From Pseudomonadota bacterium (GTDB taxonomy: Bacteria > Bdellovibrionota_B > Oligoflexia > Oligoflexales > CAIYRB01): a stretch of DNA of 22,967 nucleotides. The stretch is from contig JANOTL010000180.1 of the NCBI GenBank assembly GCA_031416315.1, forward strand, positions 1-22,967, written 5' to 3'. Of the stretch, positions 16,171 to 22,967 are shown one piece after another; position 1 is the stretch's first letter, and every line of letters begins with the position of its first letter. A program made the position numbers and the translations under genes. Below the pieces are notes generated by a model, which worked only from the letters and a program-made list of their open reading frames with translations, had not been told where the DNA came from and ran no database searches.

Positions 16171-16186
16171 AGCACATTCCGTACCA
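16171..16186 (-). promoter_or_regulatory. Sigma-54 (-24/-12) promoter
   Basis: Minus strand TGGTACGGAATGTGCT (GG-N10-GC), about 40 bp upstream of the ATG at 16131. Two mismatches to consensus. Confidence 0.6.
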
Positions 16187-16197
16187 GCACGTGGGCA

Positions 16198-16224
16198 GGG
16201 CGCGAAGGGCGCGAAGGGCGCGAA
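16198..16224. repeat. Intergenic 9-bp tandem repeat (GGGCGCGAA)x3
   Basis: Three perfect copies between the BtpA-like gene stop and the sigma-54 site. Confidence 0.85.
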
Positions 16225-16233
16225 GAGAGGCCG

Positions 16234-17100
16234 CTAGGCCATGACCTCGCGCAATTCCCTCACCTTCGCGACGACGAGGCGATGATTCTCGTCCGCAATG
16301 CTCGAGTTCACCAGGCAGTAGTCGATCGAATCCCGCAACAACGGAAAATTCTCCGCCGACACGCCCGACGCCACCCCGAGCGGATAAGCGCCGACGGCCG
16401 CTCGCGCACGCCGCACGCGCTCCGGATCGGTCGGCACCCCCGTCCGCGGCCCCGTCACCACGATGCCCTCGACCCAGCCGATTGCTTGCAGCGCCGACTG
16501 CTCGATCGTCTTGGTCGGATCCCGCAGCGTGCCGTACTTCATGTGGATGCCGCTCACGTAAAAAGCGCCTTTCGCCCGTTGCGCCTCGATCTCGTGCAGA
16601 CTCACCTCGGGCAGCTCCTCGATCAGATCGACGCCCGAGAAGTCCACCCAAACGATCGACAGCTCAAGCTCCCGCGCGATCCGAAACGAGTTCTGGAACC
16701 CGTAACGATCCACCGTCTCGCCGCCGAGGTAGTTCACGCCGACTTTCGCGGTCGGGTACTTCCGCCGCACGTGCTCGGTCGCCCGCGCCAGGATCGATGG
16801 CTCCTTGCCGAGCTCCAGGATCACCGCGTCCGCTCCGCCCTCGAGCGCCGCTTCGACGTCCCGCTCGACGAGGTCGAGGGTGTTCTCTTTCTCGACGTAG
16901 ATGACCGGCCAAAGCTGCTTTGCCCGACTCGAGATCGAGCGCAGCTTCGTACGCGTGTCGAACGCGCCGTCTTTCTCTCGTTTCGTCTCGAGGGCGACTT
17001 CGCCCTTGGCAGTCGGGCTCGTGACGAGCGCGCCGGACGCCGCCGCGGCGATGCCCGTCAATCCGGTGGTGACGAACGTGCGTCGTGAGGCTTCGCGCAT
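16234..17100 (-). CDS. BtpA/SgcQ-family TIM-barrel protein with a twin-arginine signal
   Basis: ALEGGADAVILE, VGVNYL, GIHMKYG, GIVVTGPRTG, LGVASGVSAEN. N-terminal SRRTFV followed by a hydrophobic stretch. Confidence 0.85.
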   Translation of the reverse strand: MREASRRTFVTTGLTGIAAAASGALVTSPTAKGEVALETKREKDGAFDTRTKLRSISSRAKQLWPVIYVEKENTLDLVERDVEAALEGGADAVILELGKEPSILARATEHVRRKYPTAKVGVNYLGGETVDRYGFQNSFRIARELELSIVWVDFSGVDLIEELPEVSLHEIEAQRAKGAFYVSGIHMKYGTLRDPTKTIEQSALQAIGWVEGIVVTGPRTGVPTDPERVRRARAAVGAYPLGVASGVSAENFPLLRDSIDYCLVNSSIADENHRLVVAKVRELREVMA

Positions 17101-17242
17101 GGTTTTCCCCGTTTGCGGCGTTGGTGGGGCCAACTTAGCCGCAAAGACCGGCGAAACCAAGTGCCGTAAGCCGTCCTGCTCGATTTCGCGCCCAGGCCGA
17201 GCTCAACGACCTTCGGCCGCGGGCCTCGAAGAGCTGCTTTGC

Positions 17243-17668
17243 TCAGCGCGCCGCCGCCACGCGGCTCAAGGTCTTCATCCGCGTCTGCATCACGCGCCAA
17301 AGCGTCCGCACCACGGCCGACTCGTCGTCGAGCAGCGCCATTTGCGCCGCGACCTCGTCGAACGCGATTTCCATCTCGTCGGTGGCGGCAGGCAGGTCCT
17401 CGACCGTTAGAGCTTGCGTCTCGACGCCCAAGCGCCGCACGTCGACGTAGCGATCCGCCGCCTCTTGCCGCAGCGCGTCTGCCGCCTCCGCCAGCCCGCT
17501 CAGCCCGTCGGAGTCGGCGACCAGGGCCATCTGCTCGCTCACTTCCGCCAGCCCCCAGGTCGCGTCCATCATCTCGGGGACGTTCACCTTGACGGCGCTG
17601 GTCGCGTCGACGCGCGAGATGAAGAACGTGCAGAACACGATCGTCGATGCGGCGAGAATGCGGAACAT
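17243..17668 (-). CDS. Secreted acidic alpha-helical hypothetical protein
   Basis: GAGG SD. Signal peptide MFRILAASTIVFCTFFISRVDA. Amphipathic helices. Sigma-54 site upstream. Confidence 0.78.
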   Translation of the reverse strand: MFRILAASTIVFCTFFISRVDATSAVKVNVPEMMDATWGLAEVSEQMALVADSDGLSGLAEAADALRQEAADRYVDVRRLGVETQALTVEDLPAATDEMEIAFDEVAAQMALLDDESAVVRTLWRVMQTRMKTLSRVAAAR

Positions 17669-17727
17669 GGAGGGCCTCGGTTTCGTCGTGGGTTTGCGGG
17701 TGACGTGCGGGGTGTTGCCTCCTTCGG

Positions 17728-17743
17728 AGCAAGGAAGGTGCCA
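17728..17743 (-). promoter_or_regulatory. Sigma-54 (-24/-12) promoter
   Basis: Minus strand TGGCACCTTCCTTGCT, near-perfect consensus, about 60 bp upstream of the ATG at 17668. Confidence 0.78.
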
Positions 17744-17903
17744 AAAAACGCGGCAACTTGCGGAAAGCGGCATCTTTGTCCGACGCGGGCGGTTTCGGCG
17801 AGCTCTTGCCGAAAAGACCAAACCTTCGGCGCTGACGCTTTCCGGAGATACTTGGATCAGAATGGTGACGACATCGCGACGCGCGGCATTTTCTGCATCT
17901 CAC

Positions 17904-18926
17904 AAACTGCTCTACATACCTGCGCCTGCAATCAGAGACAAAAGTCCGCCCCTGCGACCTGGCCTCTTTTGCGCGCGCTTGTAGTCGATCATAGCGTTAT
18001 GAATGAATCGGTATAGGTCGACCAGTGCCTGTAGGCGATCGGGGCGCTTGGTGGTGCACCACGTGCGGCGAGACAGTCGCTTTACGTTGTCACGGTACAT
18101 GGCGCAGGCGTGGTTGATATAGAAGAGCGGGTCGAAGCCTCCCGCTTTGAGCTCGCCTTGCCCAACAACACAAGCCCGGCGACTAAGGGAGGTCTCGAGC
18201 GTTGCGTTTGGGACACAAGCGGCGACGAGCTTCGGGTAGCGGGGGCACGAGTCCGACTTCAACTTCACGTCGTGTGTGCCCGCCATGGCCACGGTCCGCA
18301 GGACTTTACGCAAGCCATCCGAACGACAGTCTTTTCGATATCCGTAGCGGCGACGTGCGATGGCAGCCAATCGACCTTTGGCAGGCATGCGCGAGACCTT
18401 GGCGTCGATAATTCGCTCCGTGCCTTGCTCCACCGCAACGGCGATGGCCAAGGGCTTACACTTCGAGTGCTCAAACGATTCCATTTCGTCGAAGTTGATA
18501 ACTTTCACGGTCCCCGCCTGGTTCTGCCAGCGTGTCGCTTCATGGCGCGCTGCGAAGATGCCAATGCGGACGAGCTTGCGAGCCACCGTCACCTGCGTAG
18601 TGCCAAGTAGCTCTGCAGTGCGACGCTGCGAGACTCCTGAGGCTAAAAGAGCCGCGACAATTCCGTTGAGTTCCGGTCGCCGGTGACCTCGACAAAGAGA
18701 GTCGGTTTGCTCCGAAAAGTGGCGGCGGCAGAGTCGACAGAAATACCGACGGATCTTCGCCCTGAAGCCGGTTTTCCGCCGAAAAATGCCTTTTTTCAAC
18801 ACGCCAGAAGTTTCGTGACAGTGCTTGCAGTGCATCGAAAGCCCCCTCAAAGAGGGCGACTTTCATCCAGAGTGCGCGCGAAGTTAAGCGACATCAGCGG
18901 GTGAGCGCAGACATGTAGAGCAGTTT
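17904..18926 (-). mobile_element. IS1-like insertion sequence, 1023 bp, with 22-bp terminal inverted repeats
   Basis: Left end AAACTGCTCTACATacCTGCGC (17904-17925) versus the reverse complement of 18905-18926, AAACTGCTCTACATgtCTGCGC: 20/22 identical, outer 14 perfect. Encloses one transposase ORF and is visibly more AT-rich than the flanks. Confidence 0.85.
17912..18835 (-). CDS. IS1-like transposase (Zn ribbon + HTH + DDE-type domain in one ORF)
   Basis: CKHC...RYFCRLCRRHFS (InsA-like Zn ribbon). GVSQRRTAELLGTTQVTVARKL (HTH). INFDEMESF, LKSD, and INH..AMYR...KRL.RRT.C.TK (InsB-like). GAGGGGG SD. Confidence 0.88.
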   Translation of the reverse strand: MHCKHCHETSGVLKKGIFRRKTGFRAKIRRYFCRLCRRHFSEQTDSLCRGHRRPELNGIVAALLASGVSQRRTAELLGTTQVTVARKLVRIGIFAARHEATRWQNQAGTVKVINFDEMESFEHSKCKPLAIAVAVEQGTERIIDAKVSRMPAKGRLAAIARRRYGYRKDCRSDGLRKVLRTVAMAGTHDVKLKSDSCPRYPKLVAACVPNATLETSLSRRACVVGQGELKAGGFDPLFYINHACAMYRDNVKRLSRRTWCTTKRPDRLQALVDLYRFIHNAMIDYKRAQKRPGRRGGLLSLIAGAGM

Positions 18927-18958
18927 ACAAGTCGCGCCGTAATCGCGCCGCGACGCCG

Positions 18959-20545
18959 TCACAAGCTCACTTCGACCCGCGTGTAGACCGTCTGTCGATC
19001 CCGAAACAGCCAAGCGTCCCCGTCGCCTCCGCCGCGCATGAGGTCGATCTCCAGGTGAAGGCGCCAGGGCGGTGCGGGTCGATACGCGGTCCGCATGCTG
19101 AGCCAAGAGTCGCCGTTGTTCAGCCCGCGCCAGAGCATCAGCTCTGGCGCGAGCATGAGTTTCGGCAGCTTCGTCTGCGCGCGAACCGCCGCCCACGCGA
19201 GGCTCTCGTTCCCGGCAGTGACCGGCGCCTTCGTCCAACGCTCGCCGAGGAGCTGCAGGCTCAGCATCGAGGCGAAGCGATGAAGCGCGTAGTCCGCGCC
19301 GACCAGCCCTTGCGCGCGGTCCGTGTTGCGCACCTTGAGACTGTCGGCATAGACGGCGGAATCGCCGGGAAAGCTCGCGGGAATTCCGGTGCCGTAAACG
19401 AGCTCGAACCGGCCGGCGATTGGCCCCGGCGCCGTATGCCCGGTCATTCCCGCCGACGTCACGAGCGCCTCGATTTGGTTGTATTCGAAGCCGTCCGTCA
19501 GGTTGTAGCCGCGGTACACCGGCGTGCGGTTCCAATGGCGAAACACGAAAGGCGCCAGCTCCGAGCCGTGGCTCGGCTGGTGGCGAACGCGAAGCCCGTA
19601 CTCCGCATCGGCCGCGAAATGGTGGGCGTTGTCGGGCCGCACTCGCACCGGCGTATTCGGGCCCACACGCTCGAGTGCCGGCTCGGCCGCCTCCCGCGCC
19701 AGCTCCGGCTCCACCAGAAACGGCGAGGGGCTGCGCCTGGGCTGTGGCGTTAGCAAGACTTGCAGCGCATTTGTCCCCCAACGTCTCTCGAGGTTGAGCA
19801 TCACCACGGGCACCTTGCGGTCGTCGAGCTCCGCGCGGCCGAGGCTCGTCACGTCGAACGGATTCGGCAGATCGGCGACCGGGATGCCGAAGCTCTCGCC
19901 CCAGCGCGTTTCCTGCAGGCCGACGCGGTACGTCGCCCGATTCTCGACGACGCGCTCGAAGTAGAGCGCGCGGGGATCGAGCTCGGCAAACCGCCAACGC
20001 AGCTTGCCGAGCGGATCCAGGAGCAGGCGGTAGGAGCCCACGAGCGCGAAAGGCACGACGCCGCCGAAGCCGAGCGTCTCGGTGTGCTGAAAGTAGGGGT
20101 GAGCGTAGCTTCGGTGCCGGCGGTCGAAATCGAAGAGGCCGCGCAGCCCGAGACCGTAGCCGGTCTTCCGTGATTCATAGACGATCGACGGCGGGCGGCT
20201 GCGGGCGCCTTCCTTTTTCTGGCGCTTCTTCGCGCGCTGTTGCGGCTTGGGCGCGGGTACCGGCGTGAGCTCGTCGGCTGCTGATGGCGCCTTGGGCTGC
20301 GGCGAAGGCGCGGCAGGCGTGGCGGGAAATTCCGGCGCCGAAGACGCCGCGGATTTCGGTGCCACCGTCGTCGCGACGCCCGGCGCCGGGAAGAAGACGG
20401 CGCCCGTCGCCACGGCGAGGGCCGCGCGGCTTGCCGCTCGCAGAAGCAAGTTTACGCGCGAAAACGCGCGACGCCCCCGCTGCGACGGAATCACGTCGCC
20501 GTGGTTCGGCCGGTCGCGGTCGCGCCTTGGAGGAAAGTTGGGCAT
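18959..20545 (-). CDS. Putative outer-membrane beta-barrel protein (DUF1302-like)
   Basis: RALYFE...YRVGLQETRWG....VAD..NP.D......D.RK.PV, EYGLRV, and alternating beta-strand C-terminus VYTRVEVSL. Start uncertain (20575, 20545 or TTG 20449). Confidence 0.68.
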   Translation of the reverse strand: MPNFPPRRDRDRPNHGDVIPSQRGRRAFSRVNLLLRAASRAALAVATGAVFFPAPGVATTVAPKSAASSAPEFPATPAAPSPQPKAPSAADELTPVPAPKPQQRAKKRQKKEGARSRPPSIVYESRKTGYGLGLRGLFDFDRRHRSYAHPYFQHTETLGFGGVVPFALVGSYRLLLDPLGKLRWRFAELDPRALYFERVVENRATYRVGLQETRWGESFGIPVADLPNPFDVTSLGRAELDDRKVPVVMLNLERRWGTNALQVLLTPQPRRSPSPFLVEPELAREAAEPALERVGPNTPVRVRPDNAHHFAADAEYGLRVRHQPSHGSELAPFVFRHWNRTPVYRGYNLTDGFEYNQIEALVTSAGMTGHTAPGPIAGRFELVYGTGIPASFPGDSAVYADSLKVRNTDRAQGLVGADYALHRFASMLSLQLLGERWTKAPVTAGNESLAWAAVRAQTKLPKLMLAPELMLWRGLNNGDSWLSMRTAYRPAPPWRLHLEIDLMRGGGDGDAWLFRDRQTVYTRVEVSL

Positions 20546-20671
20546 GCCCCTCAGATGATGCCGTAACTCGCCCAAGATAGTCGAATCATCCGCTTGACGC
20601 GCCCGGGCCGCGCTGCAAAGTCCGCGTTTCGCGGGAGGTGATGCGCGCGCGGAGTAGCCTTACAACGGGGC

Positions 20672-20950
20672 CTAGGGTTGCATCGGCTCGCTGCTTGCCG
20701 CCGAAGGCGGCTCGAACCAGTCGAGCCACTCCCGCACCAAGGCAAGCTTTTCGCGATTGACCCGGTAGAGCCGTGAGCGCCCCGCCTTCTCGTGCGCGAG
20801 CAGCCCGGCCTCTTCCAAGGCCTTGATGTGCCGCGAGATCGTCGGCCAGGCGCAATGGAAACGCGCCGCGATGTCGCCCGCGCTCATCACGCCACCGCGG
20901 AACCAGACCGTAAGCAGGATCTGGCGGCGAGATTGGTGGGCGATCGCGGT
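20672..20950 (-). pseudogene. ArsR/SmtB-family winged-helix regulator, 5'-truncated
   Basis: The frame reads TAG then TAIAHQSRRQILLTVWFRGGVMSAGDIAARF..AWPTISRHIK.LEEAGLL..EK.GRSRLY. Helix 1 is present, but no start codon precedes it. Confidence 0.75.
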
Positions 20951-20962
20951 CTACAATCACGA

Positions 20963-20990
20963 ACGCCCCGCCTTGCGGAAGGCGGGGCGT
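20963..20990 (-). terminator. Intrinsic terminator-like hairpin downstream of the 21013-21450 gene
   Basis: Perfect 12-bp stem ACGCCCCGCCTT/AAGGCGGGGCGT with a 4-nt loop. Weak U tail (TCGTGATT) on the minus strand. Confidence 0.7.
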
Positions 20991-21012
20991 CGTCAAGGCG
21001 ATCGGCGCTAGC

Positions 21013-21450
21013 TCAGCCGCCGACGCACTTCTTCACGTCGCCTTCATTGACGGCGGCGCTGCCACCGTTGCCGGTCACCGTCATTGCGCCGCGTTGGCAC
21101 GTGGTCTTGTCCTCCTTGCCGTTCTTCACGACGACGGTCTTTACGCCGGCGCACCACTCCTTCTTGGAGGCCGCGTCCGTGCAGTACGTTTTCGAGATAT
21201 CGGCCAAGGAGCCGAACGCGTTGCGGATCTGATAGATCCCGTCGGCGTTGAAGCCTTTGCATTGCATCGTCATCTTCGGCGCGCAGCCGCACGCGGCCTT
21301 GATCGCCGTGCCGGCTTCTTCGATCTTGTTCGTGCCGAACTCTTTCCAAGCATCGCGAACGTCCTTCTTGACCTCGTCGCTGCAAGCCCATGCGGAACCG
21401 GAAAGCCCGAGAAGTGCCGCCGCGACCGCCGTCATCATCAGCTTCTGCAT
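21013..21450 (-). CDS. Secreted Cys-rich hypothetical protein (8 Cys)
   Basis: GGAG SD. Signal peptide MQKLMMTAVAAALLGLSGSAWA. Eight Cys in the mature part. Confidence 0.85.
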   Translation of the reverse strand: MQKLMMTAVAAALLGLSGSAWACSDEVKKDVRDAWKEFGTNKIEEAGTAIKAACGCAPKMTMQCKGFNADGIYQIRNAFGSLADISKTYCTDAASKKEWCAGVKTVVVKNGKEDKTTCQRGAMTVTGNGGSAAVNEGDVKKCVGG

Positions 21451-21535
21451 CGATGTCTCCATGAATTGAAAGGGAAAAAGCGTGTGCCAATTGTCGGGTG
21501 CGGCCGTGCGCCATGTCAATCTGGCGAGGGCGCCA

Positions 21536-22093
21536 TTATTTGCACAGGCTGTGCTGGCTCGCTGCCAAAGCCTTTTTGTCCTTCAAAAACTTGCACAGAT
21601 GCTCTTTTTGATAGGCATCCGAGCCGGAGTCGAGCTTCTCGACGATATCCTTCTTCGCCACGTCCCAACACGCGTCAAAGAAGGCGAGCGCCGCCGTGGA
21701 ATGGACATGCCCGGCCGGGCTCGACAGCGCCAGATCCGCCGCTCGCCATGCATCGGAGTCGGGACAGATCGTCTTTTTCGCGGCGGTCTTGGCGCCTTCC
21801 GTGTAAACCGGGACCGCCGACTGCCAGTTCGAATGCCGCCCGATGATCGACGCCAGCTCCTTGATGCCCTCGACCGAGGCCAGGCCCTTGGCTTTCGCGA
21901 GGACCTTGACGTTGCAACCCTCGGAGACGTCGGCTTCCGATTTATACCGGGTGACCTTCTTGCCGCCTTCGACGGTTTCCTCGAGCTGTCCATTCACCTG
22001 ATAACAGCCCTCAAGCTCCGGATATTTGCCCGCCGCCATCGCGGCCGAGGCCGCGAGCGCAAGGAGGGACCCGACGAGGAAGCGCAGAGCCAT
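21536..22093 (-). CDS. Secreted hypothetical protein (6 Cys)
   Basis: AAGGAG SD. Signal peptide ending AMA. Six Cys in the mature part. Confidence 0.85.
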   Translation of the reverse strand: MALRFLVGSLLALAASAAMAAGKYPELEGCYQVNGQLEETVEGGKKVTRYKSEADVSEGCNVKVLAKAKGLASVEGIKELASIIGRHSNWQSAVPVYTEGAKTAAKKTICPDSDAWRAADLALSSPAGHVHSTAALAFFDACWDVAKKDIVEKLDSGSDAYQKEHLCKFLKDKKALAASQHSLCK

Positions 22094-22335
22094 GGACGTC
22101 TCCTTGGTGGAAAGTCCCTCCATGCTCTCATCGTCATGACTTCACTGGCAAGTCTGCGGACGCACAGGACCTGTGACTCGACCATAAACACCATTGGTAT
22201 AGAGCCGCATGTCGCAAGTCGGGCGCGTGTGCGTTGCAGCCGCCATTCGACGGCCGAGGCGGTCGATGTCCCTTGCGCGCCGTCGCCCGATGCAGTTCAC
22301 TCTGGTAGGTAGAGCCACTCGAGGGGGAACTGACG

Positions 22336-22839
22336 ATGCGTACGATCCTATTGGGCTTTGTGCTTCTGACTCAAGCAGTCGCCGGATGGGCGACCACCGC
22401 GACGGCGACGACGGCTCGCATCATTTACGCTTTGCCCTACGACGACGCTTACCGCGCCTTCCAAACCTATGATCTCGCCATGGGCCCCGTCGGGGAAGAT
22501 GCCCAGTGGCTCTTCTTGAACTACGAGGTTCCGCCGGATTTGATCGGCCAGGCCGGCCGTTTCATGACCATGGTTGGCCGCATCGACGGCGAGGGCACCT
22601 TCGTCCAGCTCGATTGCAGCGAGACCGGCTCGGAAGCCCGCTGCGCTCGCTCGGGCGACCGGCTGGCCTGCTCGGTGAAGTTTCGCAGCCTCGAGGCCGA
22701 TCCGATCCAGGTCGAGGCGTTCCTGCGCGCGAAATACGGCGAAGACGGCAATTTAGCGGCGCGCTTGGCCGCCGCCAAGAGCTTCTCCGGCGACGCCGTC
22801 GGCACGATGGACGTCTTGCTCCAGCAAAGCGTGCCCTGA
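22336..22839 (+). CDS. Secreted hypothetical protein
   Basis: GAGGGGG SD. Signal peptide MRTILLGFVLLTQAVAGWA. Motifs LNYEVPPDLIG, C..C..C, RLAAAKSFSGDAVG. Confidence 0.82.
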   Translation: MRTILLGFVLLTQAVAGWATTATATTARIIYALPYDDAYRAFQTYDLAMGPVGEDAQWLFLNYEVPPDLIGQAGRFMTMVGRIDGEGTFVQLDCSETGSEARCARSGDRLACSVKFRSLEADPIQVEAFLRAKYGEDGNLAARLAAAKSFSGDAVGTMDVLLQQSVP

Positions 22840-22885
22840 TCCTGCCAAACTGTCCGACGAGCCTGCGGATTACCAGGAACGGCAA

Positions 22886-22927
22886 CGGCGACTGCACCGT
22901 GAGCTAAATCTCGCCGTGCAGTCGCCG
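22886..22927. repeat. Long intergenic hairpin
   Basis: CGGCGACTGCAC (22886-22897) pairs perfectly with GTGCAGTCGCCG (22916-22927), extended by an inner GTGAG/CTCGC stem. No U tract. Confidence 0.7.
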
Positions 22928-22967
22928 CGGGCAGAATTAAAACACCCACGTCGACGGCGCGATGATA

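Noticed and set aside
11071..16224. Repeats considered as CRISPR-like arrays (KAAP, Pro-rich stalk, 9-bp triplet)
   Set aside because: No unique spacers, two of the three are coding low-complexity repeats, and there are no cas genes.
18844..18856. Hairpin CCCTC-AAA-GAGGG covering the transposase SD
   Set aside because: Only a 5-bp stem with a 3-nt loop, too weak to claim translational control.
21013..21450. Lipoprotein call for the 8-Cys protein (SAWA-C)
   Set aside because: AWAC is a poor lipobox, and A-W-A fits a signal peptidase I site better.
21473..21490. Possible fifth sigma-54 promoter (TTGGCACACGCTTTTT, minus strand)
   Set aside because: Good -24 element, but the essential -12 GC is missing.

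Overview
GC-rich bacterial accessory region with about 27 likely coding regions. The host is inferred, not shown: sigma-54 promoters, the transposase type and many small exported proteins suggest Bdellovibrionota/Oligoflexia or Myxococcota. Left to right: hflK-hflC; a conserved hypothetical protein; a SET-domain protein; a divergent biosynthetic cassette (SAM methyltransferase <- -> type III polyketide synthase, a small membrane protein with duplicated Asp/Glu/His motifs, UbiG-like O-methyltransferase); a damaged YVTN-propeller/branched-chain solute-binding fusion; a tandem SnoaL/NTF2 protein; a PQQ sugar dehydrogenase lipoprotein; a degenerate RRM protein; several exported or membrane hypothetical proteins; a membrane protein-DUF4360 fusion; a BtpA/SgcQ protein with a Tat signal; a 1023-bp IS1-like element with 22-bp terminal inverted repeats; a DUF1302-like barrel; a 5'-truncated ArsR gene; and three Cys-containing secreted proteins. 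Four sigma-54 -24/-12 promoters and several terminators or hairpins are visible. The best candidate for an undescribed system is the type III PKS cassette, which could make a hydroxylated, O- and C-methylated polyketide lipid or quinone (inference). No rRNA, tRNA or CRISPR array was recognised. Start codons were adjusted by eye using Shine-Dalgarno (SD) motifs, and family calls come from motif recognition without database searches.
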